In this document: in pieces, positions 1 through 10,559 of the stretch
Numbering within the stretch: the first letter of the stretch is position 1
Layout: each line of letters starts with the position of its first letter
From: a virus
Taxonomy: Duplodnaviria > Heunggongvirae > Uroviricota > Caudoviricetes
Strand: one strand, 5' to 3'
Length of the DNA: 64,000 bases
IMG/VR virus record: IMGVR_UViG_3300028584_000450
Span: 159,394 to 223,393 of that record
Made by a program: the position numbers and the translations under genes
The notes under the pieces: generated by a model
What the model was told of the DNA's origin: nothing
The model's input: the letters and a program-made list of their open reading frames with translations, nothing else
Database searches by the model: none

Positions 1-466
1 GGAGTCTTATAATCAAAAAGAATGGGATGATATTAAATTTATACAAGATAATATATCAATCTCAAAATTTGGAGTTGTTCGCGGATTACATTATCAATTA
101 AATAATCCACAAGGAAAATTAGTCAGAGTATTATCTGGAAGAATATTTGATGTTGTCGTTGATATTAGAGTAGGTTCTCCAACATTCGGACAATGGAAAG
201 GGTTTTATCTATTTAGTATATCTGATCAACTATGGGTTCCTCCAGGATTTGCTCATGGATTTAGTGTACATAGTGAAAATGCAACTGTTCTTTATAAATG
301 TACTGATTATTATTGTTCAGCGGATTCTTATATAATTAATGTAAATGATCCTAACATTAATATTAGATGGGATTGTACAAAACCTATTATATCTGAAAGA
401 GATATGTGTGCTCCATATCTCAAAAACATAGATAATGAAAACCTCCCTAAATATATAAAGGATTAA
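1..466 (+). CDS. rmlC: dTDP-4-dehydrorhamnose 3,5-epimerase (RmlC), 5'-truncated at window edge
   Basis: Frame from nt 2. Cupin motifs RGLHYQ, GRIFDVVVDIRVGSPTFGQW and WVPPGFAHGF. TAA at 464-466. Confidence 0.9.
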   Translation, partial: ESYNQKEWDDIKFIQDNISISKFGVVRGLHYQLNNPQGKLVRVLSGRIFDVVVDIRVGSPTFGQWKGFYLFSISDQLWVPPGFAHGFSVHSENATVLYKCTDYYCSADSYIINVNDPNINIRWDCTKPIISERDMCAPYLKNIDNENLPKYIKD

Positions 467-732
467 TGATGGAAGTTGATGGAACCCAATGTGATACTCA
501 AGAATTCACAAATAAGAATATATTAAGACACCTTCTTGGAACATATAAAAATAATAAAACTCCACAAATATGTCAAGATTGTCTTAAACATATTAATGAA
601 GTTGATAAACTATCTGAACTTATTTGCAGATGGATAATTTCTGAAATTGCAATATATGAATTTAAAAACCAATTTAAACCAGATAATAATACAACAACTA
701 CGTTTTGTTTTAATCTGTGCAATGGTATTTGA
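466..732 (+). CDS. hypothetical Cys-rich small protein
   Basis: ATG overlaps rmlC stop (TAATG). 88-aa ORF with several CxxC pairs. No homology recognised. Confidence 0.3.
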   Translation: MMEVDGTQCDTQEFTNKNILRHLLGTYKNNKTPQICQDCLKHINEVDKLSELICRWIISEIAIYEFKNQFKPDNNTTTTFCFNLCNGI

Positions 733-784
733 TAAATTATACGGATATGATACAATTATCATATCCGTATTTTTTATAAATGTC

Positions 785-794
785 ATATAGATAT
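785..794 (+). promoter_or_regulatory. ATATAGATAT promoter-like motif
   Basis: Exact 10-mer in intergenic DNA. Member of a ~25-copy family. Confidence 0.4.
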
Positions 795-1037
795 TTATAA
801 TTATGAAAGATAAATGTAATTTTTTCTAAAGACATGAACATTATATTAATAACAGCGTGTCTTGAGAAATATTTTGTATCCGATTGGATATAAAACTATT
901 TCTTTGTTTTTTGAAACAAAGAAAAATAGATATACAACTTTTAGTAAGTAGATTTTCTAAGCTCCCAAGAATACATGTATCGGATTATTGTGGGATAATT
1001 TGATAACTAGACAATCTAAATGTTACGGTGGAGTGAA

Positions 1038-1079
1038 AGTGAGAATATTGTATAGGGGATGCAATATTCTCACTTTTTA
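1038..1079 (+). terminator. rho-independent terminator hairpin
   Basis: 13-bp stem AGTGAGAATATTG/CAATATTCTCACT, 11-nt loop, then TTTTT. Confidence 0.6.
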
Positions 1080-1144
1080 CCGATCAGATTAAAAATAAAT
1101 TAACACGGTTTTGCTGGTTGGAATCTATTATTTTTGACAATAAT

Positions 1145-1154
1145 ATAGAGATAT
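1145..1154 (+). promoter_or_regulatory. ATAGAGATAT promoter-like motif (variant)
   Basis: Variant of the ATATAGATAT family, 55 nt upstream of the first array gene. Confidence 0.4.
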
Positions 1155-1208
1155 AATATAATAGATACATTATAACCATTTTATTTAAATTTTATTGGAG
1201 CCTATTAT

Positions 1209-1733
1209 ATGAATAATAAACTATTAAATAAATTAAAATCTAGAATTATAGATGATTTTCGCTTTTTAACTGCAATGACACCAGAAGAGCAAACTCCGGA
1301 ACTTTGTAAATTTGCAATCGAGAGGAATCCAAATTCAATACAATATATGTATGATCAAACAGAGGAATTATGTAGGTTTGCAATAATGAATAATGTATGG
1401 AATTTTCAGCATATAAAAAATCCATCTATAGAATTATGTAGATTTGCAATTGAGAGAAATGGACATCTATTATCATACATAAAGAAACAAACACCAGAAT
1501 TATGTGAAATAGCAGTAATGGAAAATGGATTTGCATTAAGTCATGTACTAAACCAAACTCCGAAATTATGTAAACTTGCAATTGAACAAGATGGGGTAGT
1601 ATTAAAATATGTGAAAAATAAAACATTAGAATTATGCATGATTGCAATTAAACAAAATCAGAAAGCACTAAAATATGTAAATGAAACTAAATTCCCAGAA
1701 ATTCATGAATATTGGAGGTTACTATATGAATAA
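1209..1733 (+). CDS. DUF4116-like tandem-repeat protein, array paralog 1
   Basis: ~33-aa repeats QTPELCKFAIERNP..IQYMYDQTEELC. C-terminal KFPEIHEYWRLLYE. TAA overlaps next start. Confidence 0.8.
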   Translation: MNNKLLNKLKSRIIDDFRFLTAMTPEEQTPELCKFAIERNPNSIQYMYDQTEELCRFAIMNNVWNFQHIKNPSIELCRFAIERNGHLLSYIKKQTPELCEIAVMENGFALSHVLNQTPKLCKLAIEQDGVVLKYVKNKTLELCMIAIKQNQKALKYVNETKFPEIHEYWRLLYE

Positions 1734-2643
1734 TGAAATGTTAGAAAAATATAAAAAACAAATTATACAAAATATTGACATTTTACAGGATATACCAATA
1801 AAAGATCAAACTCGGGAACTTTGTGAGTTTGCAATTAATGCAAATCCATGGGCATTCAAATATATAAAAAACCAAACAAAAGATATTTGTAAACTTGCAA
1901 TTGAGAGACTTCCAAGTTCAATCCAATATATAAAAAAACAAACTCCGGAACTTTGTAAACTTGCAGTCAAGTTGAATCCATTGTGCATTCAGTATATAAT
2001 AAATCAAACTCCAAAACTCTGTAAATTTGCAATTGAGAGAAATGCATTTTGCATTGAACATATAAATGATCCAACTGAAGAATTGTGTAATTTTGCAATT
2101 AAAGTAGATCCAGAATCAATACGATATATAAAAAAACAAACTTCAGAACTATGCGAATTAGCTATTAAATCTAAACCACTCACAATTAAATATGTAAAAA
2201 GACAAACAAAAAAACTTTGTGAATTGGCAATAAAGAAAGATTGGTCTGCAATAGAACATGTAAGGAACCAAACAGAAGACTTGTGCAGATTTGCAATAAG
2301 GAAAGAACCATGGGCGATTCGATATATACATGACCAAACAGAAGAATTATGTAAAATTGTACTAAAAAAAGATCCAGCTGTAATAGAATACATAAAAAAT
2401 CAAACACCAGAAATCTGTAATTTTGCATTTGCAATAGATAGTCGTACATTTAAATATATAAATAATCCAACGGAAGAATTATGTAAAAATGCAATCGTCA
2501 ATGATATATCCACAATGGTATATATGAAATTAACAGAGGAAATATGTAAGTTTGCAATTGAATTTGATAGACATGCAATTTTATATCTCAACCCAACTAA
2601 ATATCCAGAAGCTATTGAATATTGGAGTCTATTATATGGATAA
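1726..2643 (+). CDS. DUF4116-like tandem-repeat protein, array paralog 2
   Basis: ATG 8 nt after GGAGG embedded in upstream EYWRLLY codons. Nine QTPELCK-type repeats. C-terminal EYWSLLYG. Confidence 0.8.
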   Translation: MNNEMLEKYKKQIIQNIDILQDIPIKDQTRELCEFAINANPWAFKYIKNQTKDICKLAIERLPSSIQYIKKQTPELCKLAVKLNPLCIQYIINQTPKLCKFAIERNAFCIEHINDPTEELCNFAIKVDPESIRYIKKQTSELCELAIKSKPLTIKYVKRQTKKLCELAIKKDWSAIEHVRNQTEDLCRFAIRKEPWAIRYIHDQTEELCKIVLKKDPAVIEYIKNQTPEICNFAFAIDSRTFKYINNPTEELCKNAIVNDISTMVYMKLTEEICKFAIEFDRHAILYLNPTKYPEAIEYWSLLYG

Positions 2644-3226
2644 TAAACGATTTGAAAAATATAAAAACCAACTTAGAAAAGATATTAGTATTTTAGAAAA
2701 TATCCCAATAGAGGATCAAACCAAAGAATTATATAGGTTTGCAATTGAATTGGATGCTAGTTCAATTCAATATATAAAGGATCAAACTCCAGAACTTTGT
2801 AAATTTGCAGTAACTGAAAATGGATGGAGCCTTGCTCATATAAAAGACCAAACTCCGGAATTATGTAAACTTGCTATTGAATCAGATCCATGGGCTATTA
2901 AAAATGTAAAAGATCAAACTCCCGAATTATGCGAATTAGCTATTAAATCTGACCCATGGGCGCTCAAATATATAACAAATCCAACTGAAGAATTATGCAA
3001 ATTAGCAGTTGAAAAAAATGCATGGACAATAAAATATGTAAAAAAACAAACTCCAGAATTATGTAAAATTGCAGTAACTCGCATGGTTGATGCATTTCAA
3101 CATGTAGAAATTTTAACTGAAGAATTATGTATGATTGCAATTAGGCAATCTCGGGATATAATAGGTCATATAGATGAAACTAAATTCCCACAAATTCATG
3201 AATATTGGAGATTATTATATGGATAG
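2636..3226 (+). CDS. DUF4116-like tandem-repeat protein, array paralog 3
   Basis: Same repeat and C-terminal motif. Start within ATGGATAA overlap. Confidence 0.8.
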   Translation: MDNKRFEKYKNQLRKDISILENIPIEDQTKELYRFAIELDASSIQYIKDQTPELCKFAVTENGWSLAHIKDQTPELCKLAIESDPWAIKNVKDQTPELCELAIKSDPWALKYITNPTEELCKLAVEKNAWTIKYVKKQTPELCKIAVTRMVDAFQHVEILTEELCMIAIRQSRDIIGHIDETKFPQIHEYWRLLYG

Positions 3227-4127
3227 TAAATCTAAACCAATAACATATATTGAATATGTCGAATTAAAATTGACTAACCAACCCACACATCATATGAATT
3301 CGATAGAAGATATGATATTTAAAGATGGATCTAAAATTAAAGATATAGAAAACCCATCAGAAAAATTATGCAAAATAGTAATAACTCAAAATGGAATGAA
3401 TATTCAATATATAAAGAATCAAACTAAAGACCTATGTCGATTAGCAATTCACAATCAACCATTATCAATTCAACACATAAAAGATCAAACTCCGGAATTA
3501 TGTGAAATTGCAGTTGAATTAAATATAACTGCATTGAAACATATAGTAAATCAAACTATGGAATTATGTACAACTGCAATATATCGACATCCACAAGCAA
3601 TATCATATATAAGAAACCAAATTCCAAAATTATGCACAACAGCAGTTATGCAAGATGGATTATCATTAAAGTATATAAAATACCAAACTAAATTACTTTG
3701 TAGACTTGCAGTTATGCAAAATCCATATGCATTTACATTTGTAAAAAAACAGACTTTACAGATATGTAAATTAGCGGTTAGTCGAGATGGGTATATGATT
3801 AATTTTGTAAAACATCAAACTCCAGAACTTTGTAAACTTGCGGTTAAGCAAAGTGGAATTTCAATCGTACATATAAAAAAACAAACTCCGGAACTTTGTA
3901 AACTTGCAGTAATGTCAGATAGTGTAGCATTAAAGTATATAAAATATCAAACTCCGGAAATATGTAAAATTGCAATTGAACAACAACCATCAATGTTACC
4001 ACATGTAAAAGATAAAACATTAGAATTATGTATGATTGCAATTAAACAAAATCGATTAACAATTGGGTGTATTAGTAAAACTAAATTCCCAGAAGCCCAC
4101 GAATATTGGAGGTTATTATATGAGTAA
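3219..4127 (+). CDS. DUF4116-like tandem-repeat protein, array paralog 4
   Basis: Same family. C-terminal KFPEAHEYWRLLYE. Confidence 0.8.
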   Translation: MDSKSKPITYIEYVELKLTNQPTHHMNSIEDMIFKDGSKIKDIENPSEKLCKIVITQNGMNIQYIKNQTKDLCRLAIHNQPLSIQHIKDQTPELCEIAVELNITALKHIVNQTMELCTTAIYRHPQAISYIRNQIPKLCTTAVMQDGLSLKYIKYQTKLLCRLAVMQNPYAFTFVKKQTLQICKLAVSRDGYMINFVKHQTPELCKLAVKQSGISIVHIKKQTPELCKLAVMSDSVALKYIKYQTPEICKIAIEQQPSMLPHVKDKTLELCMIAIKQNRLTIGCISKTKFPEAHEYWRLLYE

Positions 4128-4812
4128 GAAAAAACTTAAGAAAGAACTTAAGAAAAAAGTTAAAGTTAATTATTGTGTGGAATTACACAAACATATAATT
4201 ATGAAAGAACCATATTTAATTCAACATATGAAAATTCAACCTATAGAATTTTGTAAATTATTAATAGAACAAAACTCATGGTCTATCAAATATATAAGAG
4301 ACCAAACTCCGGAATTATGTAAACTTGCAATTGAGAGAAATCCAAATAATATAAGACATATAAGAAATCAAACTGAAGAATTATGTAAATTTGCAATTGA
4401 AAGAAGTGCAAGTGCAATCCAATATATAATAAACCAAACAGAAGACATCTGTAAACATGCAATTAGGTTTGATTCATATTCAATTAAATATATAAAGAAT
4501 CAAACCCCAGAATTATGTAGACTTGCAATTAATAAAAATGGTTGGTCGATACAACATATAAAAGATCAAACGGAAGAATTCTGTAAACTTGCAATAATGG
4601 ATAGTTGCACCTCAATTCAATTTATAAAAAATCAAACAGAAGAAATATGCAAATATTCAATCATACAATTACCAGGAACAATTAAATATATACGAAAGCC
4701 AACTAAAGAATTATGCATATTGGCAATTGAATTAAGTTCAAATGCAATTAATTACATTAATAAAAATAAATTCCCAGAAGCCCACGAATATTGGAGGTTA
4801 TTATATGGATAA
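4120..4812 (+). CDS. DUF4116-like tandem-repeat protein, array paralog 5
   Basis: Same family. Start after GGAGG. Confidence 0.8.
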   Translation: MSKKKLKKELKKKVKVNYCVELHKHIIMKEPYLIQHMKIQPIEFCKLLIEQNSWSIKYIRDQTPELCKLAIERNPNNIRHIRNQTEELCKFAIERSASAIQYIINQTEDICKHAIRFDSYSIKYIKNQTPELCRLAINKNGWSIQHIKDQTEEFCKLAIMDSCTSIQFIKNQTEEICKYSIIQLPGTIKYIRKPTKELCILAIELSSNAINYINKNKFPEAHEYWRLLYG

Positions 4813-5386
4813 TGTAAGTATTGGAGGATGTTATATGGATAAAGAAGAATTTAAAGCATTTAAATATGAAATTGATCAGAATCCTGAAAGATGTAAACGT
4901 GCAATTGAAATGGATGGGAAATTAATAATGCATGTGAGAGATCAAACAGAAGAGTTATGTAAAATTGCAATTGAAAGAAATCCATATGCAATCAAATTTA
5001 TAAGAAAACAAACTCCCGAATTATGTAAACTTGCAGTTAAACGAGATGGATATGTATTAGAATACATAAAAGATCAAACAGAAGAGATATGTGAATTAGC
5101 AGTTAAAGCAGATCCATGGTCAATTGAATTCGTAAAAAAACAAACTCCAGAATTATGCTTGACTGCGATAAGAACAAATGCAACTGCACTTGAATATATA
5201 GAAAATCAACCAGCATCACTTTGTAAACTTGCAGTTGAGTTAAATCCATGGGCGATTAAATATGTAAAAGACCAAACTATCGATCTATGTAAATTTGCAA
5301 TAGGACAAGATAAATTGATAATAACATATATAGATAAAAATAAATTCCCAGAAGTGTATGAATATTGGAGATTATTATATGGATAA
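4805..5386 (+). CDS. DUF4116-like tandem-repeat protein, array paralog 6
   Basis: Same family. Junction SD+ATG duplicated in tandem (alternative start 4835). Confidence 0.75.
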   Translation: MDNVSIGGCYMDKEEFKAFKYEIDQNPERCKRAIEMDGKLIMHVRDQTEELCKIAIERNPYAIKFIRKQTPELCKLAVKRDGYVLEYIKDQTEEICELAVKADPWSIEFVKKQTPELCLTAIRTNATALEYIENQPASLCKLAVELNPWAIKYVKDQTIDLCKFAIGQDKLIITYIDKNKFPEVYEYWRLLYG

Positions 5387-5903
5387 AGAACAATTTGAAA
5401 AATATAAAAACCAAATTTCAGAAAATATTACTATTTTCCAGGAACTCTCAATAGAAGACCAAACTCCAGAACTTTGCATGTTTGCAGTTGATAAATGTGC
5501 ATGGTCTATGCAATATGTAAAAAATCAATTTCCAGAATTATGCAAATTGGCAGTTGAACGAGATGGATGTTCAATCCAATATATAAGAGACCAAACTCCG
5601 GAATTATGTAAACTTGCCATTGAAGAAAACCCATATGCAATGGCATATATAATAGATCAAACAAAAGATTTATGTAAACTTGCAGTCACTCTAAATGGTC
5701 GGGCAATACAATATATGGAGGATCAAATTCCAGAATTATGTGAAACATCAGTGTTATATGAACCCCATCTGATTCAATTTATAAGAAAACCAACTATAGA
5801 ATTATGTAAACTTGCAATTGAACAAAATAAATTGGTGATAATGTATATAAATAAAAACAAATTCCCAGAAGTACATGAATATTGGAGATTATTATATGGA
5901 TAA
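5379..5903 (+). CDS. DUF4116-like tandem-repeat protein, array paralog 7
   Basis: Same family. Confidence 0.8.
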   Translation: MDKEQFEKYKNQISENITIFQELSIEDQTPELCMFAVDKCAWSMQYVKNQFPELCKLAVERDGCSIQYIRDQTPELCKLAIEENPYAMAYIIDQTKDLCKLAVTLNGRAIQYMEDQIPELCETSVLYEPHLIQFIRKPTIELCKLAIEQNKLVIMYINKNKFPEVHEYWRLLYG

Positions 5904-6426
5904 AGATGCGTTAAGAAATTATGAATCTAGAATTTTTAAAAACCCACATCTATTTAAGGATATGCCAGTTGAATATCAAACACCAACATTATGCAAATTT
6001 GCAATTGAACAGGTTCCACAATTATTAAAATATATAAGAAGACAAACCCCAACATTATGTAAAATTGCAATTCAGCAAAATCAATATGCATTAGAGTATG
6101 TAAGATACCAAACATACGATATATGTAAATTAGCAGTCACCCTAAATGGATTTGCAATTCGATTTGTAAAAAATCAAACAAAAGAATTATGCAAATTGGC
6201 AATTAAAGAAGATCCATGGTCTATTAAATATATAAAAGATCAAACTCCGGAATTATGCAATTTTGCAGTTAAATTACATGGACCCATAATAGGGAGTATA
6301 TCAGATGAATATATAACTACAGAGTTATGTATAACAGCAATTAAACAAAACCAAAATTCAATTGATTATATTAACAAAATTAAATTCCCAGAAGCCTATG
6401 ATTATTGGAGATTATTATATGGATAA
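5896..6426 (+). CDS. DUF4116-like tandem-repeat protein, array paralog 8
   Basis: Same family. Confidence 0.8.
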   Translation: MDKDALRNYESRIFKNPHLFKDMPVEYQTPTLCKFAIEQVPQLLKYIRRQTPTLCKIAIQQNQYALEYVRYQTYDICKLAVTLNGFAIRFVKNQTKELCKLAIKEDPWSIKYIKDQTPELCNFAVKLHGPIIGSISDEYITTELCITAIKQNQNSIDYINKIKFPEAYDYWRLLYG

Positions 6427-6916
6427 AAGAATGAATGAAGAAGAATATGAACAATTTAAATCTGGAATTAATCAAACTCCAGAACTATGTAAACGGGCAA
6501 TTAAACAATATGCATGGTCATTCAAATTTATAAAAAACCAAACTCTTGAACTATGTAAACTTGCAATTGAAAGAGATGCATATATAATAGAATATGTAAA
6601 CGATCAAACTCCAGAATTATGTAAATTAGCAATTGAGAGAAATGGATATTGCTTTCAATATGTAAAAGATCAAACTCCAGAGTTATGCGAACTTGCAGTT
6701 AAGAAAAATTCACTCATAATAGAATATGTAAAAGATCAGACACTAGAATTGTGTCGATTAGCAATATCAATCAACCCATGGACAATTAAATTGGTAAGAA
6801 AGCCAACTATAGAATTATATAAATTTGCAATTGAATTAAATCAACAATCAATACACTATATAGATGAAACTAAATTCCCAGAAGTACATGAATATTGGAG
6901 GTTATTATATGGATAA
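6419..6916 (+). CDS. DUF4116-like tandem-repeat protein, array paralog 9
   Basis: Same family. Confidence 0.8.
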   Translation: MDKRMNEEEYEQFKSGINQTPELCKRAIKQYAWSFKFIKNQTLELCKLAIERDAYIIEYVNDQTPELCKLAIERNGYCFQYVKDQTPELCELAVKKNSLIIEYVKDQTLELCRLAISINPWTIKLVRKPTIELYKFAIELNQQSIHYIDETKFPEVHEYWRLLYG

Positions 6917-7751
6917 CAAATTAATACATCAATTTATGTCTGGTGATGCACTACAACAATTTATATCTGGTGAAAATCAAACTCCAGAACTTTGCAATGA
7001 ATTGGTATATAAATATCCATGGATTATTGAACATGTAAAAAATCAAACCTGGAAATTATGTAAACTTGCAATTAAAGGAAATCCACTTACAATAAAATAT
7101 ATAAGAAACCAAACAAAAAAACTTTGTGAATTGGCAATTAAACAAGATGTAAGATCAATTCAACATATAAAAGATCAAACAGAAGACTTGTGTGAATTAG
7201 CAATTAAACAAAGTTCATCTGCAATTCAATTTATAAGGGAACATACAGAAAAATTATGTAAGCTTGCAATTGAAGAGCATCCATGGTCTATGCAATATGT
7301 AAGAAATCAAACTCCCGAAATATGCGAATTTGCAGTTAAAGAATATGGATGTACATTAAAATACATAAAGGACCAAACTCCGGAATTATGCAGACTTGCA
7401 ATCATTCAAGATGAATGTGCTCTAGAATATGTAAAAGAACAAACAGAAGAACTGTGCAAAATTGCAATAAAAAAAGATGGGTTAGTGTTAGAATATGTAA
7501 AAGTTCAAACAAAAAATCTGTGCGAACTTGCAATTATAGAAGATCCAAGATCAATGCAATATGTAAACGATCAAACTCCGGAATTATGCAAACTTGCGAT
7601 TAAATTAGATCCATGGATTATACAATTTATAAAAAATCCAACTATAGAACTATGTAAACTTGCTATTGAAATAGACAAATATTCAATACGATATATAGAT
7701 AATTATAAATTCCCAGAAATATATGAATATTGGAGATTATTGTATGGATAA
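6909..7751 (+). CDS. DUF4116-like tandem-repeat protein, array paralog 10
   Basis: Same family. Confidence 0.8.
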   Translation: MDNKLIHQFMSGDALQQFISGENQTPELCNELVYKYPWIIEHVKNQTWKLCKLAIKGNPLTIKYIRNQTKKLCELAIKQDVRSIQHIKDQTEDLCELAIKQSSSAIQFIREHTEKLCKLAIEEHPWSMQYVRNQTPEICEFAVKEYGCTLKYIKDQTPELCRLAIIQDECALEYVKEQTEELCKIAIKKDGLVLEYVKVQTKNLCELAIIEDPRSMQYVNDQTPELCKLAIKLDPWIIQFIKNPTIELCKLAIEIDKYSIRYIDNYKFPEIYEYWRLLYG

Positions 7752-8310
7752 TGAAAAAATGAGTAATAAAGAATTAAAATTATTCAAAGCTGGAATTAAT
7801 CAGACTCCAGAATCATGTAAACTTGCTATTGAATTATATCCACATCTACTTAAGTTTATAATAAACCAAACTCCCGAATTATGTAAACTTGCAATTGAAA
7901 GAGATGCATATTACATTCAATATGTAAAAGATCAAACAACAGAACTCTGTAAACTTGCTATTAGAGAAAACCAACATTGCATTCAATATGTAAAAGATCA
8001 AACAGAAGAATTATGTAAACTTGCAATTGAGGGAAATGCATATGCAATTTCACATATAAAAAATCCAACTGAAGAGATGTGTAAATTAGCAATTTTACGA
8101 AATCCATGGTCTATCAAATATATAAAAGACCAAACTCCCGAATTGTGTAAATTAACATTATTAGATGAACCATATATGATTAAATATATACGAAAACCAT
8201 CTATAGAATTATGCAAACGTGCAATTGAATTAAATAAATATTCAATTAATTATATAGATGAAACTAAATTCCCAGAAATTCATGAATATTGGAGGTTGTT
8301 ATATGGATAA
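7744..8310 (+). CDS. DUF4116-like tandem-repeat protein, array paralog 11
   Basis: Same family. Confidence 0.8.
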   Translation: MDNEKMSNKELKLFKAGINQTPESCKLAIELYPHLLKFIINQTPELCKLAIERDAYYIQYVKDQTTELCKLAIRENQHCIQYVKDQTEELCKLAIEGNAYAISHIKNPTEEMCKLAILRNPWSIKYIKDQTPELCKLTLLDEPYMIKYIRKPSIELCKRAIELNKYSINYIDETKFPEIHEYWRLLYG

Positions 8311-8743
8311 AGACGACGATATAAATCATCTTAGAGATCTTGAAGAATTTAAGTCTGGAATTGGACAAACAGAAACCAGATGTAAAGAATTAATATATCA
8401 ATATCCATGGGTGATTAAATATATAATCAATCAAACAGACGAACTTTGTAAATTTGCAATTAATCGAAGTGTATATTCATTTGTATATATAAAAAAACAA
8501 ACTCCAGAACTTTGCAAATTGGCAGTTGCGATTGATCCGAATATATTAGAATATATAGAAAATCAACCAACATCACTTTGTAAACTTGCAGTTGAGTTAA
8601 ATCCATGGGCGATTAAATATGTAAGGAATCAAACTCCCGATTTATGTAAACTTGCAATAGAATCTAACAAATGGACATTAAAATACATTGATAGAACTAA
8701 ATTCCCAGAAATGCGAGAATATTGGAGACTATTATATGATTAA
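8303..8743 (+). CDS. DUF4116-like tandem-repeat protein, array paralog 12
   Basis: Same family. Ends LLYD with no overlapping start. Confidence 0.8.
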   Translation: MDKDDDINHLRDLEEFKSGIGQTETRCKELIYQYPWVIKYIINQTDELCKFAINRSVYSFVYIKKQTPELCKLAVAIDPNILEYIENQPTSLCKLAVELNPWAIKYVRNQTPDLCKLAIESNKWTLKYIDRTKFPEMREYWRLLYD

Positions 8744-8780
8744 AAAGTATATGGTAAATTATGATACCGAGATCTAACAC

Positions 8781-8888
8781 TCGAATTATATAAATTTGCA
8801 ATTGAACGAAACCAATATATACTACATTCGATAGATACTCGAGAATTCCCAGAAATAAAAGAATATTGGGGTTTATTATATGGGTAAA
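8781..8888 (+). pseudogene. decayed C-terminal fragment of an array paralog
   Basis: Encodes LYKFAIERNQYILHSIDTREFPEIKEYWGLLYG with no N-terminal part. SD GGAGG mutated to GGGG. Confidence 0.6.
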
Positions 8889-9305
8889 AGAATTATGACT
8901 GAAAGTGAATGGATTGAGATGCTTGAAAATGCATCGGATGTTCGTACTCGATCATACGATAAAGATATGAAAACTATTATAGAAATAATGAATCATATTC
9001 CAAAACTATGCAAATTAGCTATTGAACAATATTCATGGGCATTCCAACATATAAGAAAACAAACCCCGGAGTTATGCAAATTTGCAGTTGAAAATAATCC
9101 ATGGTTAATAAAATTTGTAAGAAATCAAACCCCAGAATTATGTAAAATTGCAGTAGAATCAAATTGTTGGAATTTAGAATATATAAGGAATCCAACAAAA
9201 GAATTATATATATCTGCAATTAAACAAGATAAGAGAATAATTATAATAATAAATAAAATTAAATTCCCAGAAGTATATGAATATTGGAGGTTATTGTATG
9301 GATAA
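8880..9305 (+). CDS. DUF4116-like tandem-repeat protein, array paralog 13
   Basis: Divergent N-terminus, then the same repeats and C-terminal motif. Confidence 0.75.
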   Translation: MGKRIMTESEWIEMLENASDVRTRSYDKDMKTIIEIMNHIPKLCKLAIEQYSWAFQHIRKQTPELCKFAVENNPWLIKFVRNQTPELCKIAVESNCWNLEYIRNPTKELYISAIKQDKRIIIIINKIKFPEVYEYWRLLYG

Positions 9306-9741
9306 TGAAATGGATAATGAAATGAATGATGAAGAATATGAACAATTCAAATCTGGAATTAATCAAACTCCCGAACTATGTAAACAGGCAATTAAACAAT
9401 ATGTATGGGCAATACAATATGTAAAAGATCAAACAGAAGAGTTATGTAAACTTGCAATTGAAGAAAATGCATATGCAATTTCACACATAAAAAATCCAAC
9501 TGAAGAGATGTGTAAATTAGCAATTTTACGAGATTCATGGTCTATTAAATATATAAAAGATCAAACTCCTGAAATATGTAAATTGGCATTATTAAATGAA
9601 CCATACTTGATTCAACATATACGAAATCCAACTACAGAACTGTGTAAGTTTGCAATTAAACATAAGAGTGCAGCAATTGAATTTATCGATAGAGATAAAT
9701 TTCCAGAAGTATATGAATATTGGAGGTTATTATATGAATAA
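9298..9741 (+). CDS. DUF4116-like tandem-repeat protein, array paralog 14
   Basis: Same family. Confidence 0.8.
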   Translation: MDNEMDNEMNDEEYEQFKSGINQTPELCKQAIKQYVWAIQYVKDQTEELCKLAIEENAYAISHIKNPTEEMCKLAILRDSWSIKYIKDQTPEICKLALLNEPYLIQHIRNPTTELCKFAIKHKSAAIEFIDRDKFPEVYEYWRLLYE

Positions 9742-10108
9742 AGATGACGATATAAATCATCTTAGAGATATTGAAGATTTTATGTCTGATAAAAATCAAA
9801 CAGAACAAAAATGTAAAGATGTGCTTAATAATAATGGTTATATGTTAACATATGTAAAGAATCGAACTCCTGAATTATGTAAACTTGCAGTTATGACAAA
9901 TGGAGGCGCATTAGAATATGTAAAAGATCAAACACCTGAAATATGTAAACTTGCAATATTGCGTGATCCATGGGCAATTAAACATGTAAAAGAACAAACT
10001 CTGGAATTATGTAAATTTTCAATAGAATGCAATAAATTCACAATACAATATATTGATAAAGATAAATTTCCAGAAGCACACGAGTATTGGAGGTTATTAT
10101 ATGAATAA
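9734..10108 (+). CDS. DUF4116-like tandem-repeat protein, array paralog 15
   Basis: Same family. Confidence 0.8.
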   Translation: MNKDDDINHLRDIEDFMSDKNQTEQKCKDVLNNNGYMLTYVKNRTPELCKLAVMTNGGALEYVKDQTPEICKLAILRDPWAIKHVKEQTLELCKFSIECNKFTIQYIDKDKFPEAHEYWRLLYE

Positions 10109-10559
10109 AAAAACATTAGAAAAATATAAACGACAAATTCGAAAGGATGCTCCAAATATATTCAATATACCAATAGAAAATCAAACTCCGGAACTTTGCA
10201 TATATGCAATTAATATAAATCCATGGGCATTTCAATATATAACGAACCAAACTCCCGAAATATGTAAACGGGCAATAGAAGAAAATCCATGGATGATTGA
10301 ATATGTAAAAGATCAAACAGAAGAATTATGTAAACTTGCAATTAAACTACTTCCATATTCAATCAAATTCATAAAAGAACAAACAGAAGAATTATGTAAA
10401 TTAGCAATTAAATTAGATGCTCGTTGCATTCACTATGTAAAAAATCAAACAGAAGAAATATGTATATTAGCAGTTAAGAAAGATAAAATGTCAATACATA
10501 ATATTGATAAAGATAAATTCCCACAAGCACATGAATATTGGAGACTGTTATATGAATAA
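10101..10559 (+). CDS. DUF4116-like tandem-repeat protein, array paralog 16
   Basis: Same family. Confidence 0.8.
   Translation: MNKKTLEKYKRQIRKDAPNIFNIPIENQTPELCIYAININPWAFQYITNQTPEICKRAIEENPWMIEYVKDQTEELCKLAIKLLPYSIKFIKEQTEELCKLAIKLDARCIHYVKNQTEEICILAVKKDKMSIHNIDKDKFPQAHEYWRLLYE

Noticed and set aside
1681-1725. Long N-terminal extensions in the ORF track for the array genes (for example MKLNSQKFMNIGGYYM...)
   Set aside because: These are the 3' end of the preceding paralog read out of frame. A GGAGG SD followed by ATG 7-8 nt later lies immediately downstream and is the consistent start.
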